A stretch of DNA of 62,468 nucleotides, filler included. It is 5 parts of 5 records of this genome, joined end to end, with 100 filler letters (N's around TTAATTAATTAA, not from the genome) between each part and the next. Parts side by side here need not be neighbours in the genome. Positions count along the whole stretch, not along the records: positions 15,930 to 27,274 come from SRR20825010_5508; 4 more parts are not named here. One strand, given 5' to 3'. Positions within the stretch are counted from its first letter, which is position 1, and each line of letters starts with the position of its first letter. The translations under genes and the position numbers were made by a program. The notes beneath the pieces were generated by a model that was not told where the DNA came from, made no database searches, and saw only the letters and a program-made list of their open reading frames with translations. This document shows, one piece after another, positions 19,784 through 27,374 of the stretch.

Positions 19784-21256
19784 ATGACACTCGCGGTTAA
19801 ATTCAACCCCATCATCCATGTGCTGGGGCTTATGCTCACAGCGCTTGCGGTGATGATGGCCATACCAGCCATCGTTGAAGAAGTGATCACGGAGCAGATG
19901 CCGCTTGAGTTCATTTTCTCCGCCACATTCTGCCTTATCATTGGCCTCATGGCCACTTTTGCCACCCGCGACAACCAGCCTTTCAGCCTAGACGTGCGGC
20001 AGGCGTTTATCCTCACCGCGCTTTCATGGCTCGTGCTGCCTGTGTTTGCGGCCCTGCCACTTCTGGGCCTTGGCCTCTCACCAGAGATCGGGCTCACCTT
20101 CACGGATGCGGTGTTTGAAACCGTCTCGGGCCTCACCACCACGGGCTCAACGGTAATGACCGGGCTTGACGGCTTGCTGCCGGGCTTATTGTTGTGGCGC
20201 TCCCTCCTGCAATGGATTGGCGGGGTTGGCATCATCGTCATGGCGATCATCATGCTGCCGTTCCTGCGCATTGGTGGCATGCAGCTTTTTAAAACCGAAA
20301 GCTCGGACAAGTCTGAAAAAATCATGCCTCAGGCCACCGATATGGTGAAATGGATCATGAGTGTTTATGCAGGTATCACGCTTCTTGCGGCCATCGCTTT
20401 CATGGTCACCGGCATGGACGGCTTTGACGCCATCAACCATGCCATGACGACTGTTTCCACCGGTGGTTACAGCACGCATGACGCCTCCTTCAGCTATTTC
20501 ACCCATCCGACCACCCAATGGGCGGGCACGCTGTTTATGCTGGCCGGTGCACTGCCATTTATCAGCTATATCAAGATGGTGCGCGGGCACCGCAAACCTT
20601 TTTTGGCCGACCCGCAGATCCGCACCTTCCTCAAGTTCCTGATAGTCGTTATCGCGGCGATGACGCTTTGGCTGGTGTATGAGGAAGATATGTATCTTTT
20701 TACCGCGCTGACGCTGACGGCTTTTAACGTGGTGTCTGTTGTCACCACCACGGGATTTGCGTCTGCTGATTACACCACTTGGGGCCCGGCGGTTGCGGCG
20801 GTGTTTTTCATGCTCACCTTTGTGGGCGGCTGCGCAGGCTCAACGTCAGGCGCCATCAAGATATACCGCTTTCAGGTGCTTTGGGTCACGATCCGGGAGC
20901 AGCTTTCCAAGCTCAGGAGCCCAAACCGCGTGGTGGTGATGCGCTACCATGGCAGCCGCCTGCCGCCCGAGCTGCCCATGTCTGTGCTGGCGTTTCTGGC
21001 GGTGTTTATGGCGTCTGTCGCGGTTTTCACCATACTGCTGGCCATGCTGGGTATCGACTTTGTCACCGCGCTGACCGCAAGCGCCACGGCCATCACCAAC
21101 GTGGGGCCGGGGCTTGGGCCCATCATTGGCCCCGCGGGCAACTTTGCCCCGCTGCCCGATACGGCAAAGTGGATACTCTGTTTTGCCATGCTACTTGGCC
21201 GGCTGGAGATTTTCACGCTTCTCCTGCTGTTGGACCCGCACTTCTGGCGCGACTGA
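19784..21256 (+). CDS. trkH: TrkH potassium uptake protein
   Basis: Four P-loops (SGLTTTG, STGGY, TTTGF, TNVGPG) and MLLGRLE. Confidence 0.95.
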   Translation: MTLAVKFNPIIHVLGLMLTALAVMMAIPAIVEEVITEQMPLEFIFSATFCLIIGLMATFATRDNQPFSLDVRQAFILTALSWLVLPVFAALPLLGLGLSPEIGLTFTDAVFETVSGLTTTGSTVMTGLDGLLPGLLLWRSLLQWIGGVGIIVMAIIMLPFLRIGGMQLFKTESSDKSEKIMPQATDMVKWIMSVYAGITLLAAIAFMVTGMDGFDAINHAMTTVSTGGYSTHDASFSYFTHPTTQWAGTLFMLAGALPFISYIKMVRGHRKPFLADPQIRTFLKFLIVVIAAMTLWLVYEEDMYLFTALTLTAFNVVSVVTTTGFASADYTTWGPAVAAVFFMLTFVGGCAGSTSGAIKIYRFQVLWVTIREQLSKLRSPNRVVVMRYHGSRLPPELPMSVLAFLAVFMASVAVFTILLAMLGIDFVTALTASATAITNVGPGLGPIIGPAGNFAPLPDTAKWILCFAMLLGRLEIFTLLLLLDPHFWRD

Positions 21257-21276
21257 GCCACGCCCGTGCGCAAACT

Positions 21277-22704
21277 TCAGCGGCAGATTACATTCTTGAA
21301 AAGCCAGGGCTCATCCGCGTCATAATCGGCGGGGAACAGGTCCTCATTACGGCCCGTCACCGGGGTCCAGTCCGTATAGCTGCCCACCACAGGGCCAAGG
21401 TAGGGTGCTGCCACCTCGAGAATGCGTGCGTGGTCCATGGCTTCCGCTTCCACCATGCCCTCATTCGGGTTTTCAAGCGCCCACACCATGCCCGCGAGTA
21501 CCGCCGCGCTCACCTGCAGCCCGGTAGCGTTCTGGTACGGCGCCAGCGTCCGCGTTTCATCGATATCTAGCTGGGAACCAAACCAGTAAGCGTTTTTTGC
21601 GTGTCCGTAGAGAAGCACACCCAACTCATCAAGCCCCTTCGTGATCTCATCCCCCATCAGGCGAAAGTTTGCCTGCGGCACAAAACCATTGCCGACAAAT
21701 TCATGCAGTGACAGCACCGCATCATCACAGGGGTGATAGGCATAGTGACAAGTAGGCCGGTAAGTTACCGTGCCGTCATCCTCGCGGGCGGTGAAATAAT
21801 CGGCGACGGAGATCGCTTCATTATGGGTGATCAGATACCCTAGGATCGGGCCCGCAAGCGGGGTCCAGGTGCGCACGCGGGTATTGGCACCAGGGCGCTT
21901 CAGGTAGATGGCCGCACCGCAGCCTTCTTCGTGCTCCCCACCGTCTTCCGGCAGCGCATCCTCAAATGTGCCCCAGCCTAGCTCCGCCGGTTGCATTCCT
22001 TCAGAGAGGAAACCGTCAATCGACCATGTGTTCACAAACTCGCCCGGCACTTTCGCGGTGTCAGACACCTGCGTGTCACGCTCCGCGATATGAATGCCCT
22101 GCACGTTCAGCTTTGACGCAAGCGCGGCCCAGTCAGCGCGTGTGCGCGGGGCTTCCGCGCCCACGCCCACATCGCCCGCAATGTTAACCAGCGCCTGTTT
22201 GACAAAATGGCTCACAAGGCCCGGGTTGGCACCGTGCGCCATCACCGCCGTTGGCCCCGCGCCCAACTCCGATGCCAGCTTGAGGGATGTTTCCCGCAGC
22301 CAGTAATTGGTGCGGTGAGACATCTCCTTGTCCGGGTCGGTGTAACCGCCGCTCCACGGCTCGATACAGGTATCAAGATAAAAGGCGCCCACCGTACGGC
22401 AGAAGCGCACCAGCGCGAGCGAGGACACATCAACCGACAGGTTCACAAGGAACCCGCCCTCACGTGTGAAAAGCGGAGACAATATCTGACTGAGGTTATC
22501 CGGCGTGATGGCCTGATGCACAAAACAGACACCATATTCTTCCGCGACCGACCGGCCATTATCATCAGCGCTGATGATGGTGATGCGTGTGGGCTCAATA
22601 TCAAAATGCCGGAGGATAAGCGGCAACACACCCTGCCCGATAGAGCCAAAACCAACAATCACGAGCGCACCCTTGATCGGCGCATAAATAGGCCAGTCTG
22701 TCAC
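21277..22704 (-). CDS. hss: Homospermidine synthase
   Basis: GFGSIG, GANPGLVSHFVKQAL, HIAERD, NTWSIDGF, THNE and QNATGLQV motifs; GTG start (MTDWP) at 22704 with AGGAGGTGA RBS. Confidence 0.95.
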   Translation of the reverse strand: MTDWPIYAPIKGALVIVGFGSIGQGVLPLILRHFDIEPTRITIISADDNGRSVAEEYGVCFVHQAITPDNLSQILSPLFTREGGFLVNLSVDVSSLALVRFCRTVGAFYLDTCIEPWSGGYTDPDKEMSHRTNYWLRETSLKLASELGAGPTAVMAHGANPGLVSHFVKQALVNIAGDVGVGAEAPRTRADWAALASKLNVQGIHIAERDTQVSDTAKVPGEFVNTWSIDGFLSEGMQPAELGWGTFEDALPEDGGEHEEGCGAAIYLKRPGANTRVRTWTPLAGPILGYLITHNEAISVADYFTAREDDGTVTYRPTCHYAYHPCDDAVLSLHEFVGNGFVPQANFRLMGDEITKGLDELGVLLYGHAKNAYWFGSQLDIDETRTLAPYQNATGLQVSAAVLAGMVWALENPNEGMVEAEAMDHARILEVAAPYLGPVVGSYTDWTPVTGRNEDLFPADYDADEPWLFKNVICR

Positions 22705-22768
22705 CTGCCTCACCTCCTGCAATATGCCGCATTGCCCACGCTTGCGCCGGGCAGTGAATTCTCCGGGG

Positions 22769-22798
22769 GTAATGGGGGAAAGCGGCGGCTACGTCAAG
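22769..22798 (-). promoter_or_regulatory. Putative hss promoter
   Basis: Minus strand CTTGAC-N15-CCCCATTA (RpoH-like), also readable as TTGACG-N17-CATTAC (sigma70-like). Confidence 0.4.
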
Positions 22799-22820
22799 GC
22801 TTTGCGCTGCTCAAGGAAAG

Positions 22821-23438
22821 CTAGCTGGCAATGTTGACGCTTGCGGCGCTTAACGGGGAAAAACTCTGCCCAAGCTCAAATGCACGATCAAGATGGATAA
22901 CGGCATTGGTTGTTTCTGAATTCACAAGCAAGTCGTTGGTTACGACCGATGCCCCGCAATAGTCAAATATGCCATGATCAATCTGTGTCGTCATGGCATC
23001 CTGATATCCGCGCTTCCGGTAGGTGTTGGCATCCGCGCCAGCAACCGCCACCAGATGAATTGTCAACTTCTGTAGTTTTTTGACAAGTTTGCTTTCAAGG
23101 CTGAAATCAAATGCCCAACCATTGGAAAATACCCGGTCTATCCACCCCTTGAGCAGGGCGGGCATGGACCACCAGTACACTGGATAAACCAGCACCAACT
23201 TATCAGCTCTATCAAGCCTCGCTTGCTCAGCAACAACATCTGCGGGCGGGCTTGCTTCCTGTCGGTGCACCGCAATATCCGCCGCAGTAAATCGGGGGTC
23301 GAAGCCCTCACTGGCAAGGTCAACGATTTCGACCGTGTCCGACGACCCGCGGGAAGCAAAGCCATCGGCGATCCGCTGCGCGACCCCATGGCTGAGGGAT
23401 TGCGGGTTCGGGTGCGCGGTAACGATAAGAACATGCAT
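22821..23438 (-). CDS. NAD(P)H-dependent quinone oxidoreductase (flavodoxin-like fold, Flavodoxin_2)
   Basis: AHPNPQS and YPVYWWSMPALLKGWIDRVF motifs; ATG at 23438 preceded by AAGGAG. Confidence 0.9.
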   Translation of the reverse strand: MHVLIVTAHPNPQSLSHGVAQRIADGFASRGSSDTVEIVDLASEGFDPRFTAADIAVHRQEASPPADVVAEQARLDRADKLVLVYPVYWWSMPALLKGWIDRVFSNGWAFDFSLESKLVKKLQKLTIHLVAVAGADANTYRKRGYQDAMTTQIDHGIFDYCGASVVTNDLLVNSETTNAVIHLDRAFELGQSFSPLSAASVNIAS

Positions 23439-23485
23439 GTCCGGTACTCCTTGATTGTCGTTGCGATTGAACGGCATCATCTATA

Positions 23486-23524
23486 TACTATTCGTAGGTT
23501 ACTAATAGTAAGTTACTAATGGTA
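23486..23524. promoter_or_regulatory. Three tandem TAC-N5-GTA boxes, putative TetR operator
   Basis: TACTATTCGTA (23486), TACTAATAGTA (23500) and TACTAATGGTA (23514), 14-bp period, between the divergent tetR and oxidoreductase genes. Confidence 0.7.
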
Positions 23525-23531
23525 TATTAAA

Positions 23532-24179
23532 ATGTCAAGTACTCACAATGCAGAAAAATCTGGCGGTCAGGGGCGTAAGCGCCTTTCCCGGCAGGACCGG
23601 CACCGGCAACTACTGGATACAGCGTGGCTTCTGGTTCGAGAGGAAGGTACGGATGCCCTCACTCTTGGTCGCTTGTCAGAGCGTGCGGGCGTCACCAAGC
23701 CAGTTGTCTATGACCATTTTGGAACGCGGCCAGGGCTTCTTGCCGCGCTCTATCATGAGTTTGACACTCATCAGATCGCCCTTATGGAAGAAGCACTTGA
23801 TACCAGTGAGGCGAGCCTTGAAAGCAAGGCGGACGTGATTGCTTCGTCTTACGTTGACTGTGTGCTGGCTCAGGGGCGGGAAATCCCGGAAGTGATAGCG
23901 GCGCTTGCGGGCGCCCATGAGCTTGAAACACTTAAGCGCGAGTGTGAAATCGCCTTCATGGACAGATGTCGGCAAGCGCTGCGACCCTTTACAAACCAGG
24001 CGATCACGCCCGCTAGCCTACGCGCCATGCTCGGCGCGGCAGAGGGCCTATCCTATGCGGCTGCGACAGGAGAAATAAACGCGCAGCAGGCCAAACACGA
24101 GTTGTTCCACATTGTGATGGCAATCTCACAAAGGGGCTCAGACGGCGCGACCAGCTCGTTCACTGACGATACAGACTAG
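23532..24179 (+). CDS. TetR/AcrR family regulator
   Basis: LTLGRLSERAGVTKPVVYDHFG HTH. Confidence 0.92.
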   Translation: MSSTHNAEKSGGQGRKRLSRQDRHRQLLDTAWLLVREEGTDALTLGRLSERAGVTKPVVYDHFGTRPGLLAALYHEFDTHQIALMEEALDTSEASLESKADVIASSYVDCVLAQGREIPEVIAALAGAHELETLKRECEIAFMDRCRQALRPFTNQAITPASLRAMLGAAEGLSYAAATGEINAQQAKHELFHIVMAISQRGSDGATSSFTDDTD

Positions 24180-24203
24180 CCCCCTTTGTCTCCGCCCCGG
24201 TCC

Positions 24204-24626
24204 TCAGTCAACACTTCTGAGCTTGCCGCGCATCTTCTTGCGCTCGCCCATGGTTTTTTTGGTCGTCAGGCGGCGCTCTTTTGAGCCCTTCGTGGGTTTG
24301 GTACCCACCCGGAACTTTGGCTTCTTGGTCGCCGCTTTCAAAAGATCAACCAGCCGTTTGGTGGCCGCGCGTTTGTTATCAATCTGGCTGCGGCTATTCT
24401 CCGCCGTCAGCACAATCACGCCCGCTTGCGTCATGCGGCTGCCCGCGATGCCGCGCAAGCGCACAAGCATTTCAGAGCTGATCGCCGGGCTGGCTTTGGC
24501 ATCAAAGCGAAGCTCCACAGCCGTGGAAACCTTGTTCACATGCTGCCCGCCGGGGCCGGATGCCCGCTTGGCGCTGAGCTGAATTTCAGCCTCATCAATC
24601 TGGATATGCTCGGTGATTTTGATCAT
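24204..24626 (-). CDS. arfB: Alternative ribosome rescue factor ArfB
   Basis: ASGPGGQHVNK, RSQ and a basic C-terminal tail. Confidence 0.95.
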   Translation of the reverse strand: MIKITEHIQIDEAEIQLSAKRASGPGGQHVNKVSTAVELRFDAKASPAISSEMLVRLRGIAGSRMTQAGVIVLTAENSRSQIDNKRAATKRLVDLLKAATKKPKFRVGTKPTKGSKERRLTTKKTMGERKKMRGKLRSVD

Positions 24627-24690
24627 GGCGGGACTGTAAGCCAGCCTAACAATTCGTACAATCCGCGAATTAGATGAAAAAACCTATTGC

Positions 24691-24734
24691 GCAACCAAAC
24701 GGTTTCATGTATTCATAAGAAACCAATTGGTTGC
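24691..24734. promoter_or_regulatory. Double ArsR-type operator
   Basis: GCAACC-AAAC-GGTTTC (24691-24706) and GAAACC-AATT-GGTTGC (24719-24734) directly upstream of the ArsR gene. Confidence 0.7.
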
Positions 24735-24752
24735 ATAAAGTGAATTTGACCC

Positions 24753-25079
24753 ATGAAACGAGATATATTCCAGGCGATTGCCGACCCCACGAGACGGGCA
24801 ATCATGGTGCTGATAGCCATCAACGCCATGACCCCCAACGCGCTGGCGGATCATTTCGAGATGACCCGCCAGGCAACCTCAAAGCATATCCGCATCCTCA
24901 ATGAATGCGGGTTGCTCTCACAGGAAAAGGCGGGGCGGGAGATTTACTACAAACTCAAGCTTGAAAAAATGAGCGAGATAGACATGTGGCTAGAACAATT
25001 TCGAAAGCTTTGGGAGGACCGTTTCAACCAACTTGATGGCCTGTTGGCCGAAATGAAAGCGGAAAAAAATGAGACCTGA
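24753..25079 (+). CDS. ArsR/SmtB family regulator
   Basis: FQAIADPTRR, TRQATSKH and GREIYY motifs. Confidence 0.92.
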   Translation: MKRDIFQAIADPTRRAIMVLIAINAMTPNALADHFEMTRQATSKHIRILNECGLLSQEKAGREIYYKLKLEKMSEIDMWLEQFRKLWEDRFNQLDGLLAEMKAEKNET

Positions 25080-25572
25080 CCTTCAATTTGACTTTGTCGC
25101 CGACAAGGAAAAAAACACCATCACCGTCACGCGTGAATTTGACGCAAAGCGCCAGATGGTGTGGGATTGCTACACCAAAAGCGAGCTTCTTGACCGGTGG
25201 TTCGCGCCCAAACCCTTCACCACCAAAACCAAGTCCATGGACTTCAGTGAAGGCGGGCATTGGCACTATGCCATGGTGGACCCGTCCGGCACAGAATACT
25301 GGTGCCGCATGGACTATGAGACCATCAACGCGATCAACGGTTACACCGGGCTTGACGGTTTCTCTGACGAAACCGGCACCATCAACCCAGACCTGCCACG
25401 CGCAACATGGGATGCACAGTTCAAGGATAAAGGCGAGCGCACCGTGGTAGAGACCCTTGTGCAATATGGCTCGCTCAAGGACCTTGAAACCGTGATCGGC
25501 ATGGGCATGGAAGAAGGCCTGAAATCCACGCTTGAGCGGCTCGATGAGCTTCTCGAAGTACTCAATAAATAA
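25069..25572 (+). CDS. SRPBCC/AHSA1 (START-like) domain protein
   Basis: ITVTREFDA...VW, WFAP and GGHWHYAM motifs; overlaps arsR by 11 nt. Confidence 0.88.
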   Translation: MRPDLQFDFVADKEKNTITVTREFDAKRQMVWDCYTKSELLDRWFAPKPFTTKTKSMDFSEGGHWHYAMVDPSGTEYWCRMDYETINAINGYTGLDGFSDETGTINPDLPRATWDAQFKDKGERTVVETLVQYGSLKDLETVIGMGMEEGLKSTLERLDELLEVLNK

Positions 25573-25583
25573 GGGACAGAACA

Positions 25584-26018
25584 ATGAACCCGAGCCCGAA
25601 CCCGAGCACGACACCCATTACCATTGAAGCCAACATCGCCGCCCCGGCAGCGAAGGTTTGGGCCGCATGGACAGACCCGGCCCACATCACCAAATGGAAC
25701 TTCGCGTCAGATGACTGGTGCTGCCCAAGTGCCTCAAACGATCTTCGTGTTGGTGGCAAATATACCGCCCGCATGGAAGCGAAAGACGGCAGCTTCGGTT
25801 TTGATTTTGAAGCCATCTATGACGAGGTAACACCCGAGAAAAGCATGACCTACACCATGCCGGACGGCCGCGTTGTTACCACCACATTTGAGGAAGCAGG
25901 TGGCACCACCACGGTGAAAACCGTGTTTGATGCGGAAAGTGAGAACCCGGTTGAGGTGCAGCGGGACGGCTGGCAAGCCATCCTCAACAGCTTCAAGCGC
26001 TACGCGGAAGCGAGCTAA
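25584..26018 (+). CDS. SRPBCC/AHSA1 domain protein
   Basis: VWAAWTDPAHITKWNFASDDW, DLRVGG, MEAKDGSFGFDF and GWQAIL motifs. Confidence 0.9.
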   Translation: MNPSPNPSTTPITIEANIAAPAAKVWAAWTDPAHITKWNFASDDWCCPSASNDLRVGGKYTARMEAKDGSFGFDFEAIYDEVTPEKSMTYTMPDGRVVTTTFEEAGGTTTVKTVFDAESENPVEVQRDGWQAILNSFKRYAEAS

Positions 26019-26035
26019 AACACTCTCCTCTCCTC

Positions 26036-26080
26036 ACTACACCCTCGCGCGCGCACCGCTCGCGGGGGTGTAGTTTATTG
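26036..26080 (+). terminator. Hairpin/terminator between convergent SRPBCC and merR genes
   Basis: ACTACACCCTCGCG...CGCGGGGGTGTAGT followed by TTATT. Confidence 0.65.
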
Positions 26081-26091
26081 TTGCCTGACTT

Positions 26092-26526
26092 TCAGGCCGT
26101 GCGCCTCGGCCCCTTGCGCGCTTTATTGCGCTTTGTCGCAAGCTGCATGAACCGCCGGAAGGTGGGGCATTCAAGGTGGCTCGGGGCTTTGCAGTCTGCG
26201 GCGTGGCGCAGCCCGTCGCGCACCGCGCTCAACTGTTTGATTTTCACCTCCAGCTCATCTGCTTTTGTGCGCAAGGCCGCGCGGTCAATCTCCATAAGCG
26301 GGCGAGCGGCAAACATGCCCCCAATCTCATCAAGCGAGAAACCCGCGTTGCGCCCAAGCGTGATCAGCGCCAGCTGGTCTACCACGCCCGCGCTGAACAC
26401 CCGCCGGAGCCCGTGGCGCCCAATGGCCCGAATAAGGCCCTTTTCTTCATAATACCGCAGGGTGGAGGCTGGCAGGCCAGAGCGCTTGGCCACCTGCCCG
26501 ATATCCAGATTTTCTTGTGCTTTCAT
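26092..26526 (-). CDS. MerR family regulator (not SoxR)
   Basis: LDIGQVAKRSGLPASTLRYYEEKGLI HTH; C-terminal C-X7-C (CKAPSHLEC); lacks the four-Cys SoxR cluster. Confidence 0.9.
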   Translation of the reverse strand: MKAQENLDIGQVAKRSGLPASTLRYYEEKGLIRAIGRHGLRRVFSAGVVDQLALITLGRNAGFSLDEIGGMFAARPLMEIDRAALRTKADELEVKIKQLSAVRDGLRHAADCKAPSHLECPTFRRFMQLATKRNKARKGPRRTA

Positions 26527-26533
26527 TTAGTGC

Positions 26534-26564
26534 TTGACCTCAAGTTAACTTGAACTTGTATCCT
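26534..26564 (+). promoter_or_regulatory. MerR-type promoter/operator for the methyltransferase gene
   Basis: -35 TTGACC (26534), 19-bp spacer containing the perfect palindrome TCAAGTTAACTTGA (26540-26553), -10 TATCCT (26559). Confidence 0.85.
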
Positions 26565-26600
26565 AATCACACTCGCAAAAATGAACAATTGATTGGTGGC

Positions 26601-27274
26601 ATGATGGAAGAAAGTTTCTGGGTGGATAAATGGCAAACCGGCGAGATCGCTTTTCATGAAGGCAGCCCGAACCGGTTTCTGGCCAGCTATTTTGGCAGCT
26701 TGCGCTTGCCAAAAGGCAGCCGTGTTTTCTTGCCGCTGTGTGGTAAAACGCGCGATATCGCATGGCTGCTGGCAAGTGGCTACCACGTTGCAGGGGCGGA
26801 ACTTGTGGGCACGGCGATCGACCAGCTTTTTACTGAACTTGGCATACAGCCCAGCATCACAAAGCGCGGCGCACTCACGCACTATAGTGCCAAGCATATC
26901 GACATTTATGTGGGCGATATCTTCAAACTGAACGCTGAGCTTCTTGGGCCCGTTGATGCGGTCTATGACCGCGCGGCGCTGGTGGCGCTGCCCAAGGAAA
27001 CCCGCGCGCGATATACGGCGCACCTGAGCGCGCTCACAGCCGCAGCACCGCAACTGCTGATCAGCTATGAATATGACCAAAGCCAGATGAGCGGCCCGCC
27101 CTTTTCCGTCAGCAGCACCGAGGTCGCGCAGCATTACGGCGAACGCTATGAGATCAAACTGCTCACCAGCGCAGACGTACCCGGCGGCCTCAAAGGCCGC
27201 TGCCCCTCAACCGAAAGCGTTTGGGTGTTGAGGGGGGATGAGAGGTGGTGCCGCTTACGTGACTCGAACACGTG
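26601..27274 (+). CDS. tpm: Thiopurine/Se-Te S-methyltransferase (stop codon cut by the contig edge)
   Basis: FWVDKWQTGEIAFH, VFLPLCGKTRD, YDRAALVALP and GPPFSV motifs. Confidence 0.9.
27246..27274 (-). tRNA. 3' fragment of a tRNA, probably tRNA-Thr (anticodon not visible)
   Basis: Minus strand CACGTG-TTCGAGT-CACGT-AAGCGGC-A-CCA gives T-arm, acceptor strand and CCA. It matches my recollection of alphaproteobacterial tRNA-Thr(CGT) 3' ends. Confidence 0.85.
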
Positions 27275-27374
27275 NNNNNNNNNNNNNNNNNNNNNNNNNN
27301 NNNNNNNNNNNNNNNNNNTTAATTAATTAANNNNNNNNNNNNNNNNNNNNNNNNNNNNNNNNNNNNNNNNNNNN
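27275..27374. other. Artificial contig linker
   Basis: 44 N + TTAATTAATTAA + 44 N. Confidence 0.98.

Noticed and set aside
10466..24626. RqcH and ArfB as one ribosome-rescue cluster; likewise sufA with the HesB gene at 38393
   Set aside because: The genes lie on different contigs from different organisms.
25300..25308. TGGTGCCGC, identical to the tRNA 3' end, as a possible att site
   Set aside because: Only 9 nt, inside the intact SRPBCC reading frame; compatible with chance.
25587..25610. Short AACCCGAGC duplication at the start of the second SRPBCC gene
   Set aside because: Two in-frame copies encoding an NPSPNPS linker; too short to suggest phase variation.
26092..26526. Calling the MerR regulator soxR
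   Set aside because: It lacks the CxxCxCx5C [2Fe-2S] motif despite the SoxR-like operator.
15882..27134. Many long opposite-strand or alternate-frame ORFs (e.g. 15882-16862, 20779-21570, 22207-22824, 26523-27134)
   Set aside because: Shadow ORFs of well-supported genes in GC-rich DNA, with no motifs of their own.
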